From positions 11,174 to 75,173 of the forward strand of contig JAFTVI010000036.1 of assembly GCA_017465825.1 (NCBI GenBank): DNA of 64,000 nucleotides, read 5' to 3'. The translations under genes were made by a program, and so were the position numbers. Numbering within the stretch: position 1 is the stretch's first letter; the number at the start of each line of letters is the position of its first letter. Source of the stretch: Clostridia bacterium. GTDB lineage: Bacteria > Bacillota > Clostridia > Oscillospirales > Acutalibacteraceae. The notes beneath the pieces are model-generated. The model ran no database searches. It was given only the letters and a program-made list of their open reading frames with translations, and was not told where the DNA came from. Shown here piece by piece: positions 42,699-51,441 of this stretch.

Positions 42699-44582
42699 TT
42701 ATGCATTGAGTTCCATCCATTCTTCATATAATTCTTCCTGCTTACATTCAAGCTCATTGAGTTCAGCAGTCAACTGCATAAGTTTTTCATAATCTGCCGC
42801 AGTATCGGGCAGTTCAAGAATGGATTGAATCTCATTTTTTTTGTTTTCTATTGTTTCAATTTCTTCTTCAAGGCGCCTGATGCGAGTTTTCCTTTTTCTT
42901 TCAAGTGATTCTTTTTCTTTTCTCAGCTGATATTCATTAGGCTTTTTTTCAGCCTTCTGAACGGTTTTTTCGGGCATTGCAAGAGAAGCGGCGTAATCCT
43001 CATAACTGCCGTCAAAGGATGTGATGTTGCCCCTGTCAAGAATAAGAATTCTGGTTGCAAGCTTGTTTACGAGAAAACGGTCGTGCGATACGCAGAACAG
43101 CGTACCGTCATAGTCTGAAAGTGCATCTTCAAGCACCTCTCTTGATGCAATATCAAGGTGGTTTGTAGGCTCGTCGAGGATGAGAACGTTCGGTTTTTTC
43201 AGCATTAACTCAAGCAGAGCAATTCTTGCCCTCTCACCGCCGCTCAATTCGGACATTATCTTGAAAATATCGTCACCGCTGAATTTGAATGCACCGAGAT
43301 AACTCCTGATTTCGCCGTTTGTAAGAGTTGGGAATTTGTCCGAAACCTCGTTAAATATTGTTTTATCCGAATCAAGCGTTGCCTGTATCTGGTCAAAATA
43401 GCCTATCTGTACATTTGCACCGAAACGGCAGAATCCGCTGTCGGGTTGGATTTTACCTAAAACAGATTTAAGAAATGTGGATTTTCCGCAGCCGTTTGAG
43501 CCTAATAAAAATACACGCTCACCTTTGTATATATTCAGCGATACGTTGCTGAACAGCACCTTGTCCGCATAGGCTTTTGACATATTTTTTATCATAATTA
43601 CATCGTTGCCGCTTACCGTACCGGCTTCAAAGCTGAGCTTGAGTGCCTTTTCATCGGACTCGGGTGCAATCATATCCTCTTTTATGCGGTCGATCTGCTT
43701 TTGCTTGCTTGCAATAGTGATGTAATTGCGCTCTCTGTTAAAGCCTTTCTGTTGCTGAATGATACCCTCAATACGGGCAACCTCCTTAGCCTGTTGCTCG
43801 TATTTGCGCCTGTCAGCCTCTTTCTGCTCGGCTTTAAGAGCGGCATAAACAGAGTAGTTGCCTTTTCTCACCGTGAGCTTTTTGTGCTCAATTTCCATAG
43901 TTTTGTTCGTAACCTTATCAAGGAAATATCTGTCGTGAGAAACAATAAGTGCAGTACCGTTGTATTTTGTAAGAAAATCTTCAAGCCATTCCACACTTTT
44001 AATATCAAGATGATTCGTGGGCTCGTCAAGCAGTATAAGGTCGGCATTGGACAGAAGAAGCTTACCCAATGCTATTTTTGTGCGCTGACCGCCGCTGAGT
44101 TCACCTACGGGAAGCTTCTGTTCTTCCTGCGTAAATCCGAGACCGTTGAGCATTGAATTGACTCTTGAAACATATGTAAGACCGCCCTCTGACTGGAATT
44201 TTTCAGTAAGGGCAGACTGCTTTTCAATAAGCTGTGATAAATTATCGGGAGCAGAATCAATCTGTGTGTGAAGCGAATTGAGCTCCAGCTCCATTTCCGA
44301 AAGATAATCAAAAACTGACAGCATTTCTTCCTTAGCGGTTTTTGAAAAATCAGAACAGGCGTGCTGTTCAACATAACCGCATTTAGCTGTTGATGACATA
44401 AAAATATTGCCGTCTGCAGGCTCAAGTAAGCCTGCAATCAGCTTGAATAATGTGGTCTTACCGGAACCGTTGTTGCCGATAAGACCAACTTTATCGTGTT
44501 CATGAATGACAAAGGATGCTTTGTCAAACAGAACGTTGTCAAGAAATTCCATTGTCAGTTCGTGTGCGCTGATAATTGACAT
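42699..44582 (-). CDS. ABC-F family ATPase (two ABC cassettes, no TM, C-terminal coiled coil)
   Basis: 627 aa. Walker A GNNGSGKTT and GSNGCGKST, LSGGQ/LSGGE signatures, long charged inter-domain linker. Confidence 0.85.
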   Translation of the reverse strand: MSIISAHELTMEFLDNVLFDKASFVIHEHDKVGLIGNNGSGKTTLFKLIAGLLEPADGNIFMSSTAKCGYVEQHACSDFSKTAKEEMLSVFDYLSEMELELNSLHTQIDSAPDNLSQLIEKQSALTEKFQSEGGLTYVSRVNSMLNGLGFTQEEQKLPVGELSGGQRTKIALGKLLLSNADLILLDEPTNHLDIKSVEWLEDFLTKYNGTALIVSHDRYFLDKVTNKTMEIEHKKLTVRKGNYSVYAALKAEQKEADRRKYEQQAKEVARIEGIIQQQKGFNRERNYITIASKQKQIDRIKEDMIAPESDEKALKLSFEAGTVSGNDVIMIKNMSKAYADKVLFSNVSLNIYKGERVFLLGSNGCGKSTFLKSVLGKIQPDSGFCRFGANVQIGYFDQIQATLDSDKTIFNEVSDKFPTLTNGEIRSYLGAFKFSGDDIFKIMSELSGGERARIALLELMLKKPNVLILDEPTNHLDIASREVLEDALSDYDGTLFCVSHDRFLVNKLATRILILDRGNITSFDGSYEDYAASLAMPEKTVQKAEKKPNEYQLRKEKESLERKRKTRIRRLEEEIETIENKKNEIQSILELPDTAADYEKLMQLTAELNELECKQEELYEEWMELNA

Positions 44583-44583
44583 T

Positions 44584-45561
44584 TTATACCTGTGAAAGTA
44601 AGATTTTTGTTTTTCCGGATATGTAGTATGTTCCGCTGTCTGCAGGCAGGAATATACTGTCTCCTTTTTTGATTGAGTATTCTTCTTCGCCGCACTTTAT
44701 TTCACCTTCGCCGTCAAGAACGATAAGCGAAGTAAAGCTCTTTTCATCCGATTCACCGGCATAAAGTGTATCGGTGTCAATAAGCGTCATTGTGAAATAT
44801 TTACATTCAGCAAGCAGAATACTTGTGTAACCGTCGTGCTTGACGGGCATACCTGCAGGGTCAAGACTGTTTTCGGGAATACTGCACTTGGTAACGTCAA
44901 CAGCCTTTTCGATGTGAAGCTCTCTGGGCTTACCGTCAAGACCTGTTCTGTTGTAGTCAAATACACGGTAGGTCGTGTTACAGCTCTGCTGAACCTCAGC
45001 GAGCAGAATACCTTTTCCGATAGCGTGAAGCGTACCGGATGAAATGAACGCAACATCACCGGGTTTTACTTTTACTCTGTTGACCTTGTCAAGAAGAGTG
45101 CCGTTTTCTATTGCAGCGCGGAATTCTTCCTTGCTTATGTCCTCTGCAAAGCCGTAAATGAGCTCAGCATCATCGTCACAGTCCATAATGTACCAGGCTT
45201 CGGTCTTGCCTCTTACATCCTTTTCGTGTGCGGCGGCGTATTCGTCGTCGGGATGCACCTGAACGGAAAGTCTGTCGTTTGCATCAATAAGCTTTATAAG
45301 GATAGGGAAGTCCTCAATGCTTTTGTAATTACTGCAGTTTGTACCAAGACATTCAAGTCCCAATTCCTGTTCAATAACTTTTGAAAGCGTTTCGCCCTTG
45401 AATTCGCCGTTGATGACCGTTGATTCGCCGTCCTCGTGACAGGACAGCATCCAGGCTTCCGCAATATTTGATAAGTCAGATTCCATACCGTAACCGGTTT
45501 TTAATTTGTTTCCGCCCCATATTGTTTCTTTAAGAGCAGGCTTGAGAAAATAAATACTCAA
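44584..45561 (-). CDS. manA: class I mannose-6-phosphate isomerase
   Basis: 325 aa, TTG start. ..KETIWGG.., QVHPDD, TEAWYI, GTLHAIG. Confidence 0.8.
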   Translation of the reverse strand: MSIYFLKPALKETIWGGNKLKTGYGMESDLSNIAEAWMLSCHEDGESTVINGEFKGETLSKVIEQELGLECLGTNCSNYKSIEDFPILIKLIDANDRLSVQVHPDDEYAAAHEKDVRGKTEAWYIMDCDDDAELIYGFAEDISKEEFRAAIENGTLLDKVNRVKVKPGDVAFISSGTLHAIGKGILLAEVQQSCNTTYRVFDYNRTGLDGKPRELHIEKAVDVTKCSIPENSLDPAGMPVKHDGYTSILLAECKYFTMTLIDTDTLYAGESDEKSFTSLIVLDGEGEIKCGEEEYSIKKGDSIFLPADSGTYYISGKTKILLSQV

Positions 45562-45621
45562 AATGTTTCACTCACCTTAAAATTTTATACACGATATATT
45601 ATACTATATTTTTTGTGAATG

Positions 45622-45819
45622 TCAATTGTCTTTATCTATTATCTTCTTCGCGAACCGCGATTTTAAAATGTCATTGTTACATTCCTTGCATACGGTGTGC
45701 ATTGTACATTTATATATTTTTGTACCGTCGTTATAAGTAATTTCTTCAACTGCCACATTATGACCTTTTATGCAACAGTATTGTTCAAATGTTTTTGATA
45801 AGCTATCCAAAACCAACAC
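45622..45819 (-). CDS. small Cys-rich hypothetical protein
   Basis: 65-aa ORF with a non-ATG start (GTG 45819 or TTG 45810 after GAGGTG). CC..H..C..CKEC suggests a metal-binding site. Confidence 0.45.
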   Translation of the reverse strand: MLVLDSLSKTFEQYCCIKGHNVAVEEITYNDGTKIYKCTMHTVCKECNNDILKSRFAKKIIDKDN

Positions 45820-45918
45820 CTCATTTTATATTATTGTCATACTCTGAAAAAATAATCTTAGCAGGAATATGCAAGACATACTCTTTCATATTAATTTTAT
45901 GAAAGGAGACGTGCCTTT

Positions 45919-46170
45919 ATGGTATATGTTGTATTTTCTTTTTGCGCTTTGGCAATTTTATTTTTTATGTATAAATCAAAGCATCTTATCAAATCTGTTT
46001 TTCTGTCGTTTCTTCAAGGGGCGTCTGCACTGTTTGCCGTGAATTTTTTAGGGGGATTTTTAAGCGTTCATCTGCCCGTAAACCTGTTTACGGCACTTTG
46101 CGGTGCAGTCGGCGGAATTCCGGGTGTAATATTTCTGGTCGTTTACGATTTGTTTTACAAATTACCTTAA
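45919..46170 (+). CDS. bofA: pro-sigma-K processing inhibitor BofA
   Basis: 83 aa. ..AVNFLGGFLSVHLPVNLFTALCGAVGGIPGVIFLVV.. resembles B. subtilis BofA. SD AAAGGAG. Confidence 0.8.
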   Translation: MVYVVFSFCALAILFFMYKSKHLIKSVFLSFLQGASALFAVNFLGGFLSVHLPVNLFTALCGAVGGIPGVIFLVVYDLFYKLP

Positions 46171-46261
46171 TAAGCATTTTATCTGTTGTAATTTCTTCGG
46201 TTTGGGTGTATAATATCAGAAAAATGTATTGATATTGAAAATGAACTACCCGAAATAAAAA

Positions 46262-47011
46262 ATGGAAGATATTAAACTTATAAAACGAAAAATGTCGGAT
46301 TTGGCATCCGATTCCTATAACAGAAACTTGTGGGAATATTCAAAATTCCTCAATCTTGCCGAGCAGAGCGAAATGCAGACCGAAAAATACCCCGTTAAAT
46401 ATTATTTCTTCGGCGGATACGACAATGCGGAGAGAAATATTGCTGTTTTCGGTAATATTAATGATATCGGCTACGAGCCCTCATATCCTATAAGCTTTGT
46501 TGAGATTTCTCCCGTTAATCAGAGATTTGCAGACACTCTAACACATCGCGATTTTTTAGGTGCATTGATGAGCTTGGGTATAAATAGAGAAATGCTCGGC
46601 GATATTCTTGTAAACGATAAATCAGCAGTTGTTATATGTATTGATTCAATCGCAGCTTATATTATAAATGAACTTGAATGTATAAAGCACACAACCGTCA
46701 GATGCAGAACAGTTGACCGCGTGCCCGATAACATTCTGCCCGAATTTGATAATACCGAGCATATCGTTTCATCCGAAAGGATAGATGTGCTCATTTCAGC
46801 TGTGTACAACCTGTCGCGCAACAGCAGTCAGTCACTTATAAATTCCGAAAAGGTGTTCTGTGACGGCAGAGCAGTGTCAAGCACTTCATTTATCCCTAAA
46901 GTCGGGCAGATAATTTCCGTAAGAGGTATGGGTAGATTTATTTTTGACGGTGTTCTGCGTACTACAAAGAAGAATAAACTTGTTATCAGTGTAAAAAAAT
47001 ATAAATCCTGA
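46262..47011 (+). CDS. ylmH: YlmH-family S4-domain RNA-binding protein
   Basis: 249 aa with the ..HRDFLGALMSLGINREMLGDILV.. hallmark. Confidence 0.8.
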   Translation: MEDIKLIKRKMSDLASDSYNRNLWEYSKFLNLAEQSEMQTEKYPVKYYFFGGYDNAERNIAVFGNINDIGYEPSYPISFVEISPVNQRFADTLTHRDFLGALMSLGINREMLGDILVNDKSAVVICIDSIAAYIINELECIKHTTVRCRTVDRVPDNILPEFDNTEHIVSSERIDVLISAVYNLSRNSSQSLINSEKVFCDGRAVSSTSFIPKVGQIISVRGMGRFIFDGVLRTTKKNKLVISVKKYKS

Positions 47012-47090
47012 TTTTAAATATGTCTTAACTTGACAAAAACACATAATAAGCGTATATTAAATATGAATAAACTGTTAAAGGATGAATCTT

Positions 47091-48143
47091 ATGAAACTTT
47101 CATTTCGTTGGTACGGCAAGGACGATAAGGTAACACTTGAAAACATCAGGCAGATTCCCGGTATGTATTCCGTAGTTACAGCTGTTTACGATGTTCCCGT
47201 AGGTGAAGTATGGAGCAGAGAAAGCATCGCAGAGCTTAAAAAGCTTACGGAGGATGCAGGACTTAAATTCGATGTTATCGAGAGCGTTCCCGTTCACGAG
47301 GATATCAAGCTTGGCAAGCCTACAAGAGATAAGTATATTGAAAATTACTGTGAAAATATAAGAAGACTCGGCGAAGCAGGAGTTAAATGCATCTGCTACA
47401 ACTTTATGCCCGTATTTGACTGGACAAGAACACAGCTTGACCACGTTCTGCCCGACGGCTCAACATCACTTGTATATTATCAGGAGCAGGTTGACAAGGT
47501 TGACCCTCTCAAGAGTGATTCCGACCTTACTCTTCCCGGCTGGGACGCAAGCTACTCAAGAGATGAGTTAGCATACGTAGTTGCAGAATACAACGCTATG
47601 ACCGAGGACGACCTTTGGGCAAATGTTAAATATTTCCTTGAAAAGGTTATACCCGTTGCCGCAGAATGTGATATCAATATGGCAATTCACGAGGATGATC
47701 CCTGCTGGAGCATTTTCGGTCTGCCCAGAATTATTACAGACGAAAAGAATCTTGATAAATTCTTAAGACTTGTTGACGACCCTCACAACGGTATAACACT
47801 TTGCGTAGGCTCTCTCGGCTGTTCAAATAAGAACGACGTTGTGGCTATGGCGGCAAAATATGCAAAAATGGGCAGAATTCACTTTGCTCATATGCGTAAT
47901 GTTGCTGTTCTTGAAAACGGCTTTGAAGAAAGAGCACACCTTTCATCCTGCGGAAGTATTGATATGTACGCTGTTATGAAGGCTCTCTACGATAACGGCT
48001 TTGACGGCTATGTAAGACCCGACCACGGTAGAATGATATGGGGCGAAACAGGCAGACCCGGCTACGGTCTTTATGACAGAGCACTTGGCGCAACCTACCT
48101 CAACGGTCTTTGGGAAGCTATAGAAAAAGCAGATAAGGAGTAA
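47091..48143 (+). CDS. uxuA: mannonate dehydratase
   Basis: 350 aa from ATG 47091 (SD AAAGGA 8 nt upstream; the track start is 47082). [12 protein letters not shown].. is a typical UxuA N-terminus. Confidence 0.85.
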   Translation: MKLSFRWYGKDDKVTLENIRQIPGMYSVVTAVYDVPVGEVWSRESIAELKKLTEDAGLKFDVIESVPVHEDIKLGKPTRDKYIENYCENIRRLGEAGVKCICYNFMPVFDWTRTQLDHVLPDGSTSLVYYQEQVDKVDPLKSDSDLTLPGWDASYSRDELAYVVAEYNAMTEDDLWANVKYFLEKVIPVAAECDINMAIHEDDPCWSIFGLPRIITDEKNLDKFLRLVDDPHNGITLCVGSLGCSNKNDVVAMAAKYAKMGRIHFAHMRNVAVLENGFEERAHLSSCGSIDMYAVMKALYDNGFDGYVRPDHGRMIWGETGRPGYGLYDRALGATYLNGLWEAIEKADKE

Positions 48144-48148
48144 TAAAA

Positions 48149-49111
48149 ATGAACGATATTCTTGTTGAATTAAGCAAAATAGGCATTGTGCCTGTTGTGA
48201 AAATTGACGATGCAAAGGACGCTGTTCCTCTTGCAGATGCTCTTATCAAGGGCGGACTTCCCTGTGCAGAGGTTACTTTCAGAACAGCGGCGGCAGAAGA
48301 GGCAATTTCCCGAATGTCAAAGGAATTTCCCGAAATGCTCGTAGGTGCAGGTACCGTTCTTACAACCGAACAGGTTGACAGAGCAGTCAACGCAGGAGCA
48401 AAGTTCATCGTCACCCCCGGTTTTAATGCAAAAGTCGTTAAATACTGCGTAGATAAGAACATCCCCGTTACACCGGGCTGTCCCACCACATCCGATATCG
48501 AGGCGGCTATTGAATTAGGTCTTGATGTTGTAAAGTTCTTCCCTGCAGAGAATCTCGGCGGTATCAGTATGATCAAAGCTCTTGCCGCTCCCTATGTAGG
48601 TATCAAGTTTATGCCCACAGGCGGTATCAACGCAAACAATATCAACAGCTATCTTGACTGCGATAAGATTCTCGCTTGCGGCGGCAGCTGGATGGTTAAG
48701 GATACTCTTATCAATGCAGGTAAGTTCGACGAAATCGAAGCCCTTACAAAAGAAGCCGTTACAAATATGCTCGGCTTCAAGCTTGCACATCTTGCAATCA
48801 ACTGCGAGGATGAAAAACAGGCAAAGGCTGTTGCAGATATGTTCACAAATGCATTCAACTTTGCACAGAATGAAATCCCCGTAAGCTATTTCTGCACAAG
48901 TGCAATCGAGGTTATGAAGAATAACGGCAGAGGCACTATGGGACACATCGCAATCAAGACGAATTATATGGATAAAGCAGTTGCATACCTTGAGCGCAAG
49001 GGCGTAGATCTCGATTACGATTCAGCAAGATATGACGAAAAAGGTAAAATGACATTTATCTACCTTAAAGAAGAATTCGGCGGCTTTGCAGTTCATCTTT
49101 GCCTTGAATAA
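48149..49111 (+). CDS. eda: KDPG/KHG aldolase with C-terminal VOC/glyoxalase-like extension
   Basis: 320 aa. aa 1-~205 are Eda (EVTFRT, VKFFPAE Schiff-base Lys). aa ~215-320 form an extra domain (..HLAINCED..GHIAIKT..). SD AAGGAG. Confidence 0.8.
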   Translation: MNDILVELSKIGIVPVVKIDDAKDAVPLADALIKGGLPCAEVTFRTAAAEEAISRMSKEFPEMLVGAGTVLTTEQVDRAVNAGAKFIVTPGFNAKVVKYCVDKNIPVTPGCPTTSDIEAAIELGLDVVKFFPAENLGGISMIKALAAPYVGIKFMPTGGINANNINSYLDCDKILACGGSWMVKDTLINAGKFDEIEALTKEAVTNMLGFKLAHLAINCEDEKQAKAVADMFTNAFNFAQNEIPVSYFCTSAIEVMKNNGRGTMGHIAIKTNYMDKAVAYLERKGVDLDYDSARYDEKGKMTFIYLKEEFGGFAVHLCLE

Positions 49112-49129
49112 TATCAATTAAATTAATCT

Positions 49130-49160
49130 GAGCCACAGTTTTTACTGCGGCTCTTTTCTT
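49130..49160. terminator. hairpin between convergent eda and merR-like genes
   Basis: GAGCCACAG-N6-CTGCGGCTC (one mismatch), then TTTTCTT. Confidence 0.6.
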
Positions 49161-49166
49161 ATGAAA

Positions 49167-50405
49167 TTAACTTCTTACGAATACATAGTAATTTGTGTCA
49201 AAGCCGCCGTATCTGTAATCGCCGCTCTTCCACTCAATTATCATATATTCCGTACCGTTGACAGTTCGTATTTCATATTCGCAGGCAGACCAGTTCCATT
49301 TGCGAAGAAGATAGTTTTTTGTCCAGACTAATTTGTCATCACCCTCAAAAACATCATCAGCATAAACACATCTGCAGCTGCCGCCGGAGAAAAATTCAAT
49401 TTCTTTGAAATACAAATCTTCAATAGGTTCTTCTTCTGCGGGGAATTCCGATTTGTTGCCAAGGAATGAATGTGCTCTCCATCTGCCTATGATTCTTTCA
49501 TCATTTACAAACGGCTTGTTTATATCGTCTTTTCTTGCCAGACTTTCGGGCGAATACTCTTTGTTGTCAGCTTTTTTCAGTACAAGACAAGTCGGTTTGC
49601 CTCCGTGTGCGTATTCGTATTCTTTCAGACTTATAAACATATATAAATCATTACCGATTTTTTCTGTTTCATATTCGTTGTAAACAGTACCCAGATATCC
49701 CTGATCTATAAAATATCCTTTTGTCCAACAGAAACCCCAATACCTTTCACCCTTCGGTAAGAAATACAGATGCTTTATATCACCGCCGTAAAATTCTTTT
49801 TCGCAAAATGCATTGTCATAGAAATCAGCTTTTACCGCAAAATTGCCTATGATTTCCCATTTGCCTACAACATCAGCATCATCCGCAAACGGAATATCGG
49901 GTACAGACTGCTGTATTTCTTCGCCTAATTTTACAACATCACAGGTAATTTCATCACCGCTGATGCTGTATTGTGATATTCTTTGATAATCCGCCGCTTT
50001 GATTTCAGCTTCCATCTGCTTTTGTAAAATGTCAATTTCTTCTTTTGCTTTAAATCTGACCTTTGCTTTATCATTTTTAAATATGATATTCAATTTTGAC
50101 ATAATAGACTCAGCCTCCTTAAGGTTTTTAAGTGCAAGTCGGAGTTCTTCCTCCTTCCTGCCGAACATAGCAGTTATTTCTTCATTTGTTAAACTGTAAG
50201 AAATAAGCTCTTTGATTTCGTGTAAAGTGAAACCTGCCTTTTTAAGCGCAGTTATGCGGTGATAAGTTAAAATCTGCTCTGATGAATAGTATCTGTAGCC
50301 CGAAAACACATCCGTATGTTCAGGTATAAGCAGTTTTTCCTTGTCATAGTGTCGCAGTACAGATATTTTTGTTCCGCAGATTTTCGCAAATTCGCCGATT
50401 TTCAT
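49167..50405 (-). CDS. MerR-family transcriptional regulator with large C-terminal domain
   Basis: 412 aa. N-terminus MKIGEFAKICGTKISVLRHYDKEKLL.. is a MerR HTH, followed by a coiled coil and ~260 unassigned aa. Confidence 0.85.
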   Translation of the reverse strand: MKIGEFAKICGTKISVLRHYDKEKLLIPEHTDVFSGYRYYSSEQILTYHRITALKKAGFTLHEIKELISYSLTNEEITAMFGRKEEELRLALKNLKEAESIMSKLNIIFKNDKAKVRFKAKEEIDILQKQMEAEIKAADYQRISQYSISGDEITCDVVKLGEEIQQSVPDIPFADDADVVGKWEIIGNFAVKADFYDNAFCEKEFYGGDIKHLYFLPKGERYWGFCWTKGYFIDQGYLGTVYNEYETEKIGNDLYMFISLKEYEYAHGGKPTCLVLKKADNKEYSPESLARKDDINKPFVNDERIIGRWRAHSFLGNKSEFPAEEEPIEDLYFKEIEFFSGGSCRCVYADDVFEGDDKLVWTKNYLLRKWNWSACEYEIRTVNGTEYMIIEWKSGDYRYGGFDTNYYVFVRS

Positions 50406-50426
50406 TTTACCGCCTCCGATAATTTA

Positions 50427-50458
50427 TAAGGTACCTTACGTATACATCATAAACCTTA
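50427..50458. promoter_or_regulatory. candidate MerR operator
   Basis: Perfect 12-bp palindrome TAAGGTACCTTA (50427-50438), plus a further ACCTTA half-site (50453-50458) embedded in AACCTTAAGTT. Confidence 0.4.
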
Positions 50459-50485
50459 AGTTAAGTTGAGAGTCAATAGTATTTT

Positions 50486-50529
50486 TGAAAAAATTTAAGG
50501 CTATACCAATTTTGTTGATACAGCCTTAA
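50486..50529 (-). terminator. terminator after the mscS-like gene
   Basis: TTAAGGCTATA/TACAGCCTTAA stem (G:U on the minus strand), followed by ATTTTTT. Confidence 0.7.
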
Positions 50530-50534
50530 TGAAA

Positions 50535-51431
50535 TTATTCTTTTGTGATATGTACATCCATCTGTGGGAAAGGAATTTCAATATTTCTTTCTTCAAAGAT
50601 TTTCTTGGTTTTCTCCATCAGGTTGAATTTTACATCCCAATACACATCCGCATTACACCAAACTTTCAGCTGATAAGCAACAGCACTGTCATCAAACGAT
50701 GTCAAAACTGCAGTCGGTGCAGGCTCGGACAGTACGTACTCGTTTGAGTGTGCCGCATCAAGCAACGCTTTTTTTACGGTGTCACAGTCAGCAGAATATG
50801 ATGCCGTTATGTCAATATCAACACGTCTTGTGGGAAATGCGTTGTAATCGGTCAGTGTGTTTGACGACACCTCGCCGTTGGGGATAATAACCATCTTGTT
50901 GTCACCGGTTACTATTTTGGTATAAAAGATGTTTATTGATTTTACCGTACCCTCGTACCCGTCGATTTTGATGTAATCACCTACAACAAACGGCTTGAAT
51001 GCGGTTACAATAAATCCGCCGGCGATATTTGAAAGGCTGTCCTGTAATGCAAGACCTATTGCGAGTGCGCAGGAGCTTAAAACCGTAACCATTGAAGTCA
51101 TAGGTATACCTATAATAGCCGCAACGGTTATAACAAGCAGTATCTTCAGGAAAATCGTAACGAAACTCCTGAAAAATGACCTTGTTGTAGGTTCCATTTT
51201 GGAAAGAAATGTGCCGTCTTTTATTTTCTTTGAGAAGAAATTTATAGCTTTCCAGCCCACTATCAGTAATATCACCGCAAGCACAAGATTTATGCCTGCA
51301 TCGGTAATATATTCTACAACCGTCGTTTTAACAGCTTCCCATATTGCGCCTGCATTGCTGATATTTTCGCTTATGTTGGATAAGTCAATATCAGTAAGAT
51401 CTATTTCGGCAGCCTGTTCAAATACTGTCAT
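50535..51431 (-). CDS. small-conductance mechanosensitive channel (MscS family)
   Basis: 298 aa, three TMs plus beta/cytoplasmic domain (..GDYIKIDGYEGTVKSINIFYTKI..). SD AAGGTGA. Confidence 0.85.
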   Translation of the reverse strand: MTVFEQAAEIDLTDIDLSNISENISNAGAIWEAVKTTVVEYITDAGINLVLAVILLIVGWKAINFFSKKIKDGTFLSKMEPTTRSFFRSFVTIFLKILLVITVAAIIGIPMTSMVTVLSSCALAIGLALQDSLSNIAGGFIVTAFKPFVVGDYIKIDGYEGTVKSINIFYTKIVTGDNKMVIIPNGEVSSNTLTDYNAFPTRRVDIDITASYSADCDTVKKALLDAAHSNEYVLSEPAPTAVLTSFDDSAVAYQLKVWCNADVYWDVKFNLMEKTKKIFEERNIEIPFPQMDVHITKE

Positions 51432-51441
51432 TTATGTCACC

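Noticed and set aside
45838-45884. Two copies of CATACTCT upstream of bofA as sigma-E/sigma-K-type -10 elements.
   Set aside because: I could not find matching -35 elements at the correct spacing, so the call cannot be supported from sequence alone.
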